A DNA stretch of 62,412 nt, counting the filler, from Choristocarpus tenellus KU-1152 (Eukaryota > Protista > Phaeophyceae), in assembly GCA_964200185.2 (NCBI GenBank). It is 10 parts of 10 records of this genome, joined end to end, with 100 filler letters (N's around TTAATTAATTAA, not from the genome) between each part and the next. Parts side by side here need not be neighbours in the genome. Positions count along the whole stretch, not along the records: positions 44,812 to 50,665 come from CAXNAD020009584.1; positions 50,766 to 57,764 come from CAXNAD020006895.1; positions 57,865 to 62,412 come from CAXNAD020014053.1; 7 more parts are not named here. The stretch is one strand, 5' to 3'. Positions 50,316 to 62,321 of this stretch are shown piece by piece. Within the stretch, counting starts at the first letter, position 1; the number at the start of each line of letters is the position of its first letter. The notes under the pieces are model-generated. The model saw only the letters and a program-made list of their open reading frames with translations. It was not told where the DNA came from and searched no databases. The translations under genes were made by a program, and so were the position numbers.

Positions 50316-50638
50316 AGGGAGAGCTTTACTCCTGAAAATAGAGATTCCAGGTATATGGGATAGAGGAGACTCGACAGATTCATGGGATTCTTCCCTTCTC
50401 ACCTGCCTTCGTAATTTACGAGTTACTTTCCCTGTTTTCTTGTCCATTGTTTTATCAACAGTATCTCTCGTTAGTATATCTGATACGGGAGTATTTGTGG
50501 TTATCATGTTTGTATCCTATCAATCTTACGTCTTCTCCAGTCTCTATTGCGCTATAATGTCTTGTTGCCTTCTCCACGTTGTATATCTTGTTTATCCTGC
50601 ATGACAATCCTCGCAAAGATGTCAAAGGGGATATTGAT

Positions 50639-50665
50639 GACCCAAAGTATCTGGGAGGGGGGGGG
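50639..50665. mobile_element. MITE family A TIR at gap
   Basis: gacccaaagtatctgggaggggggggg, then N. Confidence 0.8.
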
Positions 50666-50799
50666 NNNNNNNNNNNNNNNNNNNNNNNNNNNNNNNNNNN
50701 NNNNNNNNNTTAATTAATTAANNNNNNNNNNNNNNNNNNNNNNNNNNNNNNNNNNNNNNNNNNNNCACACTCGCCTCTGTACGTGTGAGGGGCCTGCAG

Positions 50800-51180
50800 T
50801 ACCCCATCCTGGTCACAACCAAAATAACATTGAAATAGGGTACTGTAATCGAAAGGCTCTCCCCCTTCAGAACTATTAACGCAAATAAATATGAGAGAGA
50901 CACTAATGTCTCTCACAGTCATGTCAACATAAGGTACTGTCATAGAAAAGATTCTCCCCCTTCATACAACAAATGAATACAGACACGAAATCAGCATGAC
51001 ATTGAAATAGTAATCAACATGACATTGAAATAGTAATCAACATGGCATTGAAATAGAGCACTGTCATCGAAAGACTCTCCACCTTCAGAACTATAAACAC
51101 AAATAGAGACAAGACACAAAAATAATGTCTCCCGGTCACCTAGAAATAGGGTACTGTCATAGAAAGACTCTCCCCTCGTT
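50800..51180. repeat. Degenerate satellite block, same unit as 53980-54830
   Basis: Variants of aaatagggtactgt...ctcccccttcagaacta repeated about 4 times. Confidence 0.8.
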
Positions 51181-51405
51181 GTGACCAAACCCAGTGGTAT
51201 TTTTTTGCCCACTTATCCGTATGTAATTTTCTCCCTCTGCTTGCCATCTCTAGCGTGCTCTTGTTCGCTGCTCCCGAAGACTAGAATTATCTTACTTACC
51301 CTGCCCTCCTTTGCCTCTCTCTTGAGGCATTCAGTCCGAGTACCCAGTCTCTAACCTTTCTCCTTCTCCCACGCCTTCTTGGCAGGGGTACCGGCGAGCG
51401 GCACT

Positions 51406-52659
51406 TGTAACAGAGAAGAACACAAACAGCAAGAGCACTAACGGACGACAAGAGTATGTCAACTAGGTGGAACCTACTCTACAGAAACTCGAGACACATG
51501 GAACACACAGCAGTAATGCTGGCAGCAACCCCATGCGAGCCAAGGCATTTAAGAGGGTAGGGCATCGTCCGTTCGGGGTCATAATCTAATTTTGCGATTT
51601 TGATGGATTTTGGCTATTGTTTTTGTTAGTAAGTGTCAGTATCCTTGCTCCAGATACACTCCTTTCATAGTCGTATACAATTTAGGCACCTGTGTCCACA
51701 CAGAAAACCAATCAATGGCATAAAAAAAACTTTGGGAAGGCAATTCCCGAACGGAAAACAGGACAAAACTCCTACCCTTTGAAAGCTTTGACTCTTGCAT
51801 AATCTTGAGGTCTTCCCTTCATTAAAGGAAGGCTGTGAGGTTATGGTCTGGGGCAGGTCACTGGTGCAACCTGGTGAACACAGAAGCCCCCTCTCTTGCC
51901 TAGCCTCAAGATCGTAAAATGAGACCTGAGGTCATGCACTTGAGCACAGGCCATTAATGCAACCCATAAGGCCACCTGCACTCTATTACACAAGGTCAGG
52001 CTCGTCTAGAGAGACCCTGGAGTCATGATCACAAGTGCAGGTCATTGATATAAACCCATGCTGAGAGAAGGCGACCTGCACTCTCATATACAGCCTCAAG
52101 GTCATAGAAAGAGACCCTGAAGCCGTGATCGGGAGTGTAGGCAATCAGTGCGAACATGAGTGAATGTCCTCACTCATGGTCACAACCTCCGTTCCTGGCT
52201 GAGGGTGGGTCATAGATGCAACGATGCTGACCCTTTCCCCCCAGTTGGAGAGAAGCGGAGATGGAAATGAGTCCATGACATTCCAAGGAGCTAACAACAG
52301 TCCCACGTGGTAATTTGAGTTTTCTCTCGGGTTTGAAGAGATAAAGTAGGACCTCCCAGTGTTACAAACACTCCGTAAGCTTACCAGGATGGTATGTGTA
52401 GCTCCAATCCACAAGCCGGCAGGGTGAAGATAAGGCTCGTAGAGGACACCATAAAGGAAATGTCATCAAATATGCTGGATATCTCATTCCGATTATTCAC
52501 TTTACTGGTTTCATTGAGGTATAAATAGGACTTAACCGTGTGTATGATCTCAAAATGATCAAATAATGATTAGTCAAGAATTACAAATATATAAAATCTA
52601 AGACTTTAAGGTCATAGTGGCGTTTACGAAACCATCATTAAGACATATCGCCTGTGACA
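51406..52659 (-). mobile_element. Long LTR (TG...CA) with internal ~95-bp degenerate tandem repeats (~51900-52145) and a MITE-B insertion
   Basis: Ends tgtaacagagaagaac / tatcgcctgtgaca. Homologous to 56140-56914 via ggtggaacctactct, gtaggacctcc and aaatatata.aatcta. Confidence 0.7.
51537..51794 (+). mobile_element. MITE family B (subfamily B2), full copy inserted in an LTR
   Basis: gagccaaggcatttaagagggtag ... taccctttgaaagctttgactc, flanked atgc/ttgc. The empty site reads cccgtgcatagtcttgag at 56271. Confidence 0.85.
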
Positions 52660-52964
52660 CAAAAAATGTTCCTCGAGATGATAAATGCTCGTATGGATGG
52701 GGCTACTTCTATTTTCAGTTTGGGTTTTGGACCTGATCCCACATACCAGGCAGGGAACTATTCTCCACAAAAAATTTGACTTGGTTTGCATTGATACCCT
52801 TGACAATGATAATAGTTGTAAATAAACAGTGAGCCAATAATTACACCTCTGTTTGCACTTTGATGAAGTGTTGTGGTGAGTGCAACAGAGCCCTTAATGA
52901 GTGCAGTAGTGCCAGCACATGAGATTTGTTGGCGATCGTCGTGACGGAGAACTAATTCTTTTAT

Positions 52965-53683
52965 ATATTTCTATTATTTATTTATTATCATGTCCCCACA
53001 TGGTGCATCATTGCCAGTTCCTTTTATATGATGATGAGCCAAAGTATCTTAGAGGGTAGAGCCGTGTCCATTTGGGGTTCAAAATCCAATGTTGCGATTT
53101 TGATGTAATTTTGGGCATCGCGTTTGTTTTAGGAAGTGTCAATATCTACGTTTCGGACACAACTTTTCACAACGTATACGTTTTACCTACTCCAAAACAT
53201 TTTGGAGTAGCAAAATGTCATAGAAAAAACATGGGAAGCCAAGCCCCAAATGGACAAACAGGGCAAAACTCGTACCCTCTAAGATACTCTCACTCTGATA
53301 TTGATTATACTTATGAAGGGAATAATCCAAGGGAGAGATCCAGTGTACTTGACGACTTGTGCATCAGGAGTCCTGTACGTGTATCAGCGCCATCTATATG
53401 TTTGTGGACTGGAGCTATGCATCCTGTGGAGTGTGCTGTAATACCCCTTCTCCACAATGCCTTGAACCTCCAACTCCATCCGCCTACAAATGCCTTCATT
53501 ATGCTTATTCTCTATAATCCCATAAGGATTTTGGTTGTGGGGTCTAGACAAGTAGTCAGGACCTGCTTCCACTTAACATATTACCCAGTCAAGAAGTAGA
53601 AATATATAAAATCTAGGACTTCAAGTTCACCATGGCGTTTATGAAACAGCCATCAAGATATATCGCCTGTAACATGCCCCCCT
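52965..53683. mobile_element. Rearranged LTR of the same family: 52965-53440 is inverted relative to the terminal piece 53587-53673 and its PPT
   Basis: 52965-53440 is the reverse complement of ~56620-56830. 53587-53673 is collinear with 56828-56914 and is followed by tgccccccta. Confidence 0.7.
53036..53295 (+). mobile_element. MITE family B, full copy (~260 bp)
   Basis: TIRs gagccaaagtatcttagagggta / taccctctaagatactctcactc, flanked tgat...tgat. The empty site is the reverse complement of ~56752-56766. Confidence 0.92.
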
Positions 53684-53979
53684 AGCACAAAGCATAACTG
53701 CTTCAATGCGATAAACAGGCGATTGGACAAGGAAATATAATGTCACTCCTTATCCTCCCATGAACGTAGCAGAAATGAAATGAATGTCACTTCCAGGTCC
53801 TAACATATCAGTAGGCAGCTTTGGGATCCAGCTGAGGAGGAAACCTGGAGGGAAAACCCCCTTCCAACGTTTGCCCTGATGACAGATATGTTAGTGTGAC
53901 ACTCGCACCTCAGAGCACTCACTCTGCATTTGACTCGACGTTCAATAGAAAACCTCCTACAACAGAGTCTCACACTCAT

Positions 53980-54830
53980 GTCAAAAAGAGAGCGCTGTCT
54001 AAAAAGACTCCACCCCATCAAATCTTATAAACACAAATACAGACACAAAATCATAGTAGCAATGTACTTGGGGAATGCCATATACTCTCCCCCTTCAGAA
54101 CTAAAAACACAAGCAGCAACTACAGGACACCAAAACAATGTCTCACGGTGACTCAAAGTATCTGGGAGGGGGTGGCGACTGTCCGTTTGGGCCAATTTTT
54201 TCATCTTGCGATTTTTTGGCGATTTGGTTGCATACGTCGGATGGATAATATAAGTGCACTTTTCCTGTCATGAGTCAAATGGACACCCTGGTGCAGACCC
54301 CCTCCCCCCCCAGATACTTTGGGTCAGTCACAAACAAAAACAAGGTACTGCAACGGAGAGGCTTACCCTCCCCTAGAAACTATGAATATATAAATAAATA
54401 CAGACAAATTTCTTACAATAAAATTTAAATAGGGAGTGTCCTAGCAAATCTCTCCCTCTAGATAACTATCTACACAAATGAATACAGGCACAAAATCACG
54501 ATAGCACGGAAATAGGGTACTGCCATAGACTGCCCCCTTCAGAATTATAAACACAAACAACTATAGAACACCAACACAATGCCTCATAGTGGTCACATAG
54601 ATAGGGTTCTGCCATAGAAAGGCTTGCCCTCCCTACGGCCTATGAACATACAAACAAATAAAGACAAATGTCTCACAATGTCATCAAAATAGGGAGCGTC
54701 ATATCAAGACTCTCCCTTCACAGCTATCAACACAAACAAGCACCAGACACAAGAATAATGCCTCAACAAATACAGACAAAAATGTCTAACAATAACAAAA
54801 AATAGGGAATGTCATCGTAAGACTGCTCAC
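53980..54830. repeat. Degenerate ~80-100-bp satellite; second block at ~50800-51180
   Basis: Recurring aaatagggtactg.cata...ctcccccttcagaacta.aaacacaaa. Confidence 0.8.
54150..54325 (+). mobile_element. MITE family A, full copy, TSD ggt/agt
   Basis: gactcaaagtatctggga...cccagatactttgggtc, inserted in a satellite unit whose empty form reads tctcccggtcac (~51128-51139). Confidence 0.9.
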
Positions 54831-54859
54831 ACTGGTTAGAGCACGAAAGCAGAGATGCT

Positions 54860-56914
54860 ATTTGCCTGTAACATGCCCCCCAGGGTGAACTAGGTACAAA
54901 CATTTCATGCTTACCACTGGCGATTGTCTTGTGTTAAGACAATAGATATCATCTATCACCTCAATTGTGCTGCAGCAGTGTGTATTGGTTGCCATTGGAT
55001 GACAGAAGGTCTCCAGTTCCAAATTAGCCAGTTCTTTCCAACACAGGGAATTCAAGTGGGTTTCACGGGGCCTCGAGTATAAACATATCCAGTTGTTTCT
55101 GACCCAGTTCCGAATTCATCTGTTGTTTCCAACAATAATCGACATATCTCCTTGTTTCTTCTCGCAATGAATATTCAGAAGTGATAAGACAGTCAGAGTC
55201 AATACATGTTTGACCAATTCAGAGTATACACTTTCATAAAAAAATATATATAACTCTGACTAGGCCCAAAATAGATCAACAATCACCTTGTTTGCCTTAG
55301 GAGAATCTGTCCCATGGGTCACAGAATACCATCAGAGTCGGTTTGCATGTGGCCTAATCCGAGCACACGCTTGTTCCTTCTGAAACACACTTTCAAAAGT
55401 TACAAATCATACATCTCTGACATGACCTAGAATAAAGGGGTTCTCAGCTCCAACCTCCCTAATCACAAATGTGATTCATTTATATCCTTGTTCTCTTTGG
55501 CAGTGTCTGTCCTCGAGATCACAAGATACAATCTCAGTCAATTTGACTCTGGCCTACTCCATGGATACTTGTTCCTTTTGGAGGTCTCTCTCAAAATTCA
55601 TAAAACATACATCTCTGACATGGGCTACAAATAATGCATCCCTAGTTCCGACCTTCGCAATCACAAGTGTGCTCCATCATGTGTATCTTTGCTTCCTTTG
55701 GAGACGTCCCTTCTAAAAGTAACAGGATACAATCACACTCAATTGGCATCTAGCTTGATCAAAGCACACACTTGTTCCTTCTGAGGGTTCGCTTCAATAG
55801 TTACAAGGTATACATATATCTCTAATTTGGCTTACAATAAAGGGGTCACCAGTTCCGATGTTCTCATGTCATGGCTGACCCTCCTTGAAATAAGCAAATA
55901 ATTTCTGTCCTGTTGAGTTCCTCCCAATCTCCCTCGTCGTAAGGTACCGTCCAGTACGGTGACTTGAAACCAAAACCTTTTCCTGAGCACCAAGTGTTGA
56001 TTCCTCTTTTGTCTCTCCACGACTCTTGACACAGGTACCTGAGGGTCACAGACAAAGCACACCTTGTGCCCCCTTAGCCACCTGCGATTGAATTGTGACT
56101 GATCAAACTCCTGGTTACTTCTGTGCCTGAAAGCGATGGCAACAACAAAGAAGAACTCAAACAGGCAGTGAGGGCACCGAAGGACAACAAGAGTGAGTAT
56201 GTGAATCAGGTGGAACCTACTCTAAAGGAAATTGAGACATACATAACACAACACGAATGCTAATAGCACTCCCGTGCATAGTCTTGAGACGTTGAGATTC
56301 TGTTGTTGGGTACAGGTCGTTGGTGTGACCTGGTGGACATAGTAAGGTGGTCCACACTATCACCTAGCTCAAAGTCGTAAAGAGAGACACTGAAGTCTTG
56401 CACTCCAGCCCAGTCCATTGATCCGCAATCGTCATTCCTCAGTAAGGGTGATCCACAGATGCGACGACGCAGATCCTTTCCCCACAATCGAAGAGAAGTG
56501 GAGAGGGAGACGAGTCCGTAACATCCCAAGGAGCTCACAACAGTTCCATGTGGTAAGCGAGGTTTTCTCTCCAGTTTGAAGAGACAAGGGGTAGGACCTC
56601 CACGTTACAGCACGCTCCATAGCTTACCTCCACGGGATACATAGCTCCAGTCCACAAGCATATAGATGGCGCTGATGCGCATACAGGACTCCTGATACAC
56701 AAGTCGTCAATTATGCTAATCTCTCGCTTGCATCTATTGTGTTTGTAAGTATCAATATCGTCATGTAAGAAGGAAATTGCAATGATGTACGATTGAAGGA
56801 TGATAATGATAAAAACAATAAATAAATAGTCAAGAGGTTCAAATATATACAATCTACAACTTCAAGGTTATTATGGCGTTTATTATGAAGCGACCAACAC
56901 GTATCGCCTGTAAC
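54860..56914 (-). mobile_element. Non-autonomous LTR element of the same family: 5' LTR 56914-~56140, internal ~200-bp tandem repeats, PPT and start of 3' LTR at ~54881-54860
   Basis: tatcgcctgtaaca ends at 56914; gcctgtaacatgcccccc at 54865-54882; cttgttcctt recurs at 55370, 55568 and 55771. Confidence 0.6.
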
Positions 56915-57864
56915 ACGGGCACAGAGTACTGGAGGCAGAGAATAAATAGTCAAGTGGTGTAACCAAACCCACGTCCACGTACTGTCCATCATGAGGGGGT
57001 CAACCCTCCTGAAAATGACACAAGGGATTCGTAAGAGTTTCCCATGCAAATGCGTGTGGGGAGTTCAGGTGCAAAATCATTACGTATAATATACGTGTAA
57101 AATTGTGATCGACGGTCGAACAACTTTCAGAATACTGTAGTTAGGGTCACCTAAAATGTATTGCATTTACTGATCATACTTGTGGCACATTTTAGTCATT
57201 GCTGGAACACAACAAGCAGAACTAGAGTGCATGTTCTCGACAGGTCTTGAGATAGGGGTATTGATCGAGTTTAAAAAGAAATGTATATTTTGTGTTGTAT
57301 GAGGAGTAAAACAGAAAAACTATAGTAAGGTGGTAGACCAGTAGGTTCTCCCTTTGTGGCAATCTTGCTTTTTTACACCAGAACGACACAAGAATTACAC
57401 AATAATATCAAATGAAAGCTTATGACTAGAACCTTTAAACGTTTTTATCCATGAAGTTCCAGACTGTTGAAACCTGAATCGAATGCATTGTATATGTGAT
57501 ACATAGACTACGAAGGAAGAGGAATCATGTTGTTGTAAAGCACCGATGAGTAGGGAGCGTAGTCTGTGGTATGAGTAGATGTGATTGTGAAGTAAAGCAC
57601 TGATGTATTTGTTCTGTTGCAACTGAAGTCATTGATCTCTCAGTTAAGAATGATGTATGTGAACACAGTGTTATTTCATGTTATAGTTAGTGAAAGAAGT
57701 ACATGCTCTGTGAAGAGGCTTGTTACCTTGGCTGGCAAGGGTTTCAGTAGATGGTTTTAACTCTNNNNNNNNNNNNNNNNNNNNNNNNNNNNNNNNNNNN
57801 NNNNNNNNTTAATTAATTAANNNNNNNNNNNNNNNNNNNNNNNNNNNNNNNNNNNNNNNNNNNN

Positions 57865-57959
57865 CTAACAAATACGATACCCAAAATCACATCAAAATTT
57901 CAACATTAGATTTTGACCTCCAAATGGACACGGCTCTACCCTCTAAGATACTTTGACAC
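57865..57959 (-). mobile_element. MITE family B end at gap, nested in a family A copy
   Basis: ccaaatggacacggctctaccctctaagatactttgacac. Confidence 0.85.
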
Positions 57960-58118
57960 GGGTCTACACCAAGGTGTCCATTTGGGCCAAAATTGGGGAG
58001 AGAGAACGTGCATTTACAATATCCATCCGACGTATGAAAATATATCATCCGAAAATCGCGATATGAAAAAATTGACCCCAAATGGACAGCGGACACCCTC
58101 TCCCAGATACTTTGAGCC
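57960..58118 (-). mobile_element. MITE family A, interrupted in its G-tract by a family B copy
   Basis: gggtctacaccaaggtgtccatttggg...ccccaaatggacag...cccagatactttgagcc. Confidence 0.85.
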
Positions 58119-60221
58119 TTGTTTTTCCATGTTGAAGGTAATATCTGGTTGAAGTAAATAGCAGGTGGTTTGAGGGGACCTTGCAAGACCCCCTGATTCA
58201 CTTACCACTTGTTCACTCTTTTCCTGAGTGATGTTCTGAGGGTTTGCTCTCCCTCTTGACTTGTCTCTCTCCTTCTCCTTGCCTCCTGTGGGTCTTTCCG
58301 CTCCCCTTCAGTACGAAGAACCTGTCGGCTTGTTTCCATCTGTTTCACATTTCTTAAACATTTTAAATGTCTCAAGGATAAATCCAAAAATCAATGTCAC
58401 AGATAAACCTAATAGTAGTTGATATTTTATTATTATGCCCTGTGACGTTTTGCAGATGTATCGGGGGAAAAAATAATGAAAAGCCAATTAAATATCAAAA
58501 TAACCCCTGAAGAAGTAGTAGTTGTCGTAAATATGAAAGACATTTTTCTATAATCTATTTACTATTCTACTACCACGTATACTACACCACTCACCTCCTA
58601 TTCCTCTAACCTAGCTTAGCCCTACACCCCCGGGCGAGGAGCTAGGGAAGCATCCCTAGCTTCTGACAGGCCCCTCCTTGCTCATCTCCCTGGTGTATCC
58701 AGTTTAAAACAGTAGTTGTGGTGGATGTGCGAAATATCTCTACAAAGGCTATTTCTATTTGAATATTTCTCAAATCACAACGATGGTAACGTCCAGTAAT
58801 TTCTATCATGCAAAAAAAAAGATTATCCATGTAAGAGTTACACATTAAAGACAGTATTATGCCCTCTACAAATCATATGATTCTGTGCCGGCGTGGCTCA
58901 GTCAGGCACGGGTGGTGAAGAGAATCACCGGGCAAGACAGATCAGACGGAGCAAGACGAACCGTAGCCAAGAGGACGAGGTTGAAGAGGACGAGATCAAA
59001 GTTGGACAAGTACAAAAACTGCAGTGATTGCAGAGAATTCCAGAGTGGGGAGGATCTCATGAGAGGGGGATGATTAGAAATGTCAAGACGTAACAGCAAA
59101 AGAGAATATTTGATGTTTGACATCTCTGATTGAAGCGACAATTATTACTTGTGGGATCGATCTCTTGACAAGATTCCACGCCTCTATCTCACGAAGGATC
59201 CTCCACTGGAATCCGGGATTTCTGGCATGGAACCTTCAATGGTAGAACGGTATATGGGATACGGCAATAACGATATGGTGAATGCTGTAGTTCACGGTGG
59301 AAAGTTTTGGGCGCCTCGGTAAGGAAGCAGAAAGGTTCTGGATGAGTGGCCACGCACACGGTAGGGGGGAGGACACAGGATACAGCAAGAAGGAGATGGC
59401 AAATCCCGTTTTCGAAAGATTGTGTCTGTCACAACACAAGTGGCTCTATCAAGACTTGCCATGCGTTTTAAGCTGGAGACACCAGTAAGATGGGCAAGAA
59501 AGGGCCTGTCAGATTCTTGGGATGCTTCCCTATCTCCTCGCCCTGTGGTGTAGGGCTATGCTACTAGGTTGGAGGCATAGCAGGGGAGTGGTGTAGCATT
59601 GCTGGTAATCAAATAACCAGTACCAAATAGATTCTAGAGAAATATCTCTCACATTCTACTATAACTATTACTTTAACAGGGGTTCTTATGATATTGAACT
59701 AGCTTTCCCCCTGACACACCTGCAAGATGTCAGAGAGCATAATAATATGTATGATGAAAACACAACCCTCCTTTCCACACCTCTCCGACATTTCGCTGGT
59801 AATCAAATAGTGAATAAATTTTGGAGATACATCTTTCACAATTACGACATCTGTTACTTCTACAGGGGTCCTTATGATATCGAATTGACTTTTTCCTTGA
59901 CACATCTGCAAAAGTTCAGAGGGTATAAAATATTTTGCATGTGTGTGAGGGAAAAAGTCAAACTAATATCACAAGGACCTTAATAAAAGTAACAGTTGAA
60001 AATGTAAAAAATACCTCTCCAAAGACTATTTACAAGTTGAATACTAGCTATACTACAACATTCCCTTAGAGGTTTTAAACTGCAATATTATGTGTTCACT
60101 CCTGCTATGCCTCTAACCCAGCCTTAGCTCTACCCAAGTAAGCGAGGAGCAAGGGAAGCATCCCAAGAATCTAACATGCCCCCTCCTTGCCCATCTGCCT
60201 GGTGTTACTACTATTTTATAT

Positions 60222-60780
60222 TTTTATTATGCCCTCTGACATTCTGCAGATAGATGTGTCAGAGGAAAAACCAATGAAAACTCATTCAAATGTCAAAACA
60301 ATCCCTAAAAAAGTAACAATTGTCGTAAATGTCAGAGACATTTATCTATAATCTATTTGCTATTTTACTACCAGCTATGCTACATCATTGCCCTCCTGTG
60401 CCTCCAACCTAGCATAGCCCTACACCACAGGGCGAAGAGCTAGGGAAGCATCCCAAGAATCTAACAAGCCCCTCCTTTCCCATCTCTCTGGTGCCTCCAG
60501 CATAAAACACATGACACGTCTAGATAGAGCCACTTGTGTTGTGGCAGACACTATCTGTCGTAAACGGGATTTTACAACCCCTTTCCTGCTGTAGCTTCCT
60601 GCCCCTCTCCCCCCTACGATGTGCGTAGCCAACTCATCCAGAAAACCTTCTACTTGCTCGCCGAGGCTCCCAAAACTTTCCACCGCGAAGGTGTTGAGGT
60701 TATAACTACGAGGGTCAAAAGAACCCTCATAGTGGGTGCTACTATCATTACTGAAAATGACTACGTACTCACTATGCATT
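60222..60780 (-). mobile_element. RLE-type non-LTR retrotransposon 3' end: endonuclease C-terminus, 3' UTR and TAA/poly(A) tail
   Basis: ORF FAVESFGSLGEQVEGFLDELATHIVGG...RLRQIVSATTQVALSRRV resembles the C-terminal 'FAVExxGxxG..FL' segment of restriction-like endonucleases in CRE-type elements. The element strand ends gtcagagggcataataaaaa. Confidence 0.75.
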
Positions 60781-61615
60781 CATCTATACGGTACGGTATC
60801 AGATTTAAACGGCATATTACTGAATATACCTAAAGTCCTGTATTTTGAGGGTACGGTATGGATTTCTTACATTTCCGCATCACATTTAAAAAAAATGATT
60901 ATTATGCCCTCTGATATTTTGGAGATGTGTCAAGGGAAAAACTAAGGAAAATCTATTCACGTGTCAGAAAAACCTCTAAAGAAGTAATAGTTCCCACAAA
61001 TGTGAAAAACATCAATCTATTCGTTATTTCACCTACTATCTATGCTGTACCACTGCCTTCCTGTGTCTCCAATCTACCTATTCCTGCACCCCACGTTAAG
61101 GAGCTAGGGAAGCATCCCAAGAATCCAACAAACCCCTCCCTGCCCATCTCTCTGGTGACTCCAGCTTAAAACGCATGACACGTCTAGCTAGACAGTGCCA
61201 CCTGCGTTGTTACCGAGACTATTTGACCTAGGATGGTACTCAAATAGTAGATATATTTTGGAGAGATATCTTTCACATTTCGATAACTGTTACTTTTACA
61301 AAGTCCTTGCGATACTGGTTTGGCTTTTCCCCTGACACATAAATGCACAAAATGTCAGAGGGCATAATAATGTGTTTCAGTGGTATTTAGTAATTGATTT
61401 CTGGAGAGGTATCTTTTACATTAACACATGTTATTTGTACAAGGGTCCTCCTGATTAATGTTTGACTTTTTCCCCGATACACCTACAAAATGAGCATAAT
61501 CATATTATACGGCATTTGAGGAATTTCCACGATAACGTATGGCACGTGTCAGAGGGCATAATAAAAGTCGTTTTAAGCTGGAATCACCAGGAAGGTGGGC
61601 ACGAAGGGGTTTATT

Positions 61616-61804
61616 GACTCAAAGTATCTCGGGGGGGCGTGGCGGCTGTCCATTTGGGGTCAATTTTTTCATGTCGCAATTTTTTTGTGGAATTTAGTTG
61701 CATACGTCGGATGGATAATGTAAGTGCATTTTTCCTGGTCATCGCCCAAAATGGACACCCTGGTGTAGACCCCCCCCCCCTCCCCCCCCCAGATACTTTG
61801 GGTC
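61616..61804 (+). mobile_element. MITE family A, full copy, perfect TSD ATT, inserted in an RLE retroelement 3' end
   Basis: tt-att[gactcaaagtatct...agatactttgggtc]att-ggattcttggga. The empty homologue is the reverse complement of tcccaagaatctaacaagcccc at 60451. Confidence 0.93.
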
Positions 61805-62321
61805 ATTGGATTCTTGGGATTCCTTTCTAGCTCCTCCCAGGACACAGGTATAGGTAGATTGGAGACACAGATGGGCAGTAGCACAACATAGATAGTGGTG
61901 AAGTAACAAATGGATTAGAGTTTTTCACATTTAGGACATTTTTTTCTCTAGAGCTTATTCTGACAATATGTACAATATGTACGGTTTTCATTGGTTCCCT
62001 TCCTGACACATCTACAAAGAGTCAGAGGGCATAATAAAAAAAAATAGATAACGTATAGTTGCGGTTACTGTTGATTTTTTTTGGACGGTACAGGTGTAGA
62101 AATTCTGGAGTTTCCACGGTATGCTATGGTAGCTGTTACTGTCACCAGTTACCTGGGTTATTTATTTGCATCAAGTTTGTCGGGGATGAAATCGACCTGC
62201 GTTCAAAACCACTACACGCTACACAGTCCAACTTCTCATAGTATTAATAACCATTAATACTGACTGTTGCACTACAAAAAGTTATACTGCCTCCGTTCCT
62301 TTCTTCTTGGGTTCAGCACAT

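Larger units (their letters stand above)
58425..62045. repeat. Cluster of about 10 5'-truncated copies of the same RLE element 3' end in alternating orientations
   Basis: Approximate copies: 58425-58710(-), 59285-59746(+), 59777-59930(+), 59931-60205(-), 60222-60780(-), 60898-61230(-), 61232-61370(+), 61380-61500(+), 61546-61566(+), 61570-62045(+). Shared motifs attatgccctctgac and gggaagcatcccaagaatc. Confidence 0.85.

Noticed and set aside
53072-53599. 175-aa ORF and similar recurring peptides (MGSQAPNGQTGQNSYP, GVYTRVSIW)
   Set aside because: These are chance translations of MITE A/B sequence, not proteins.
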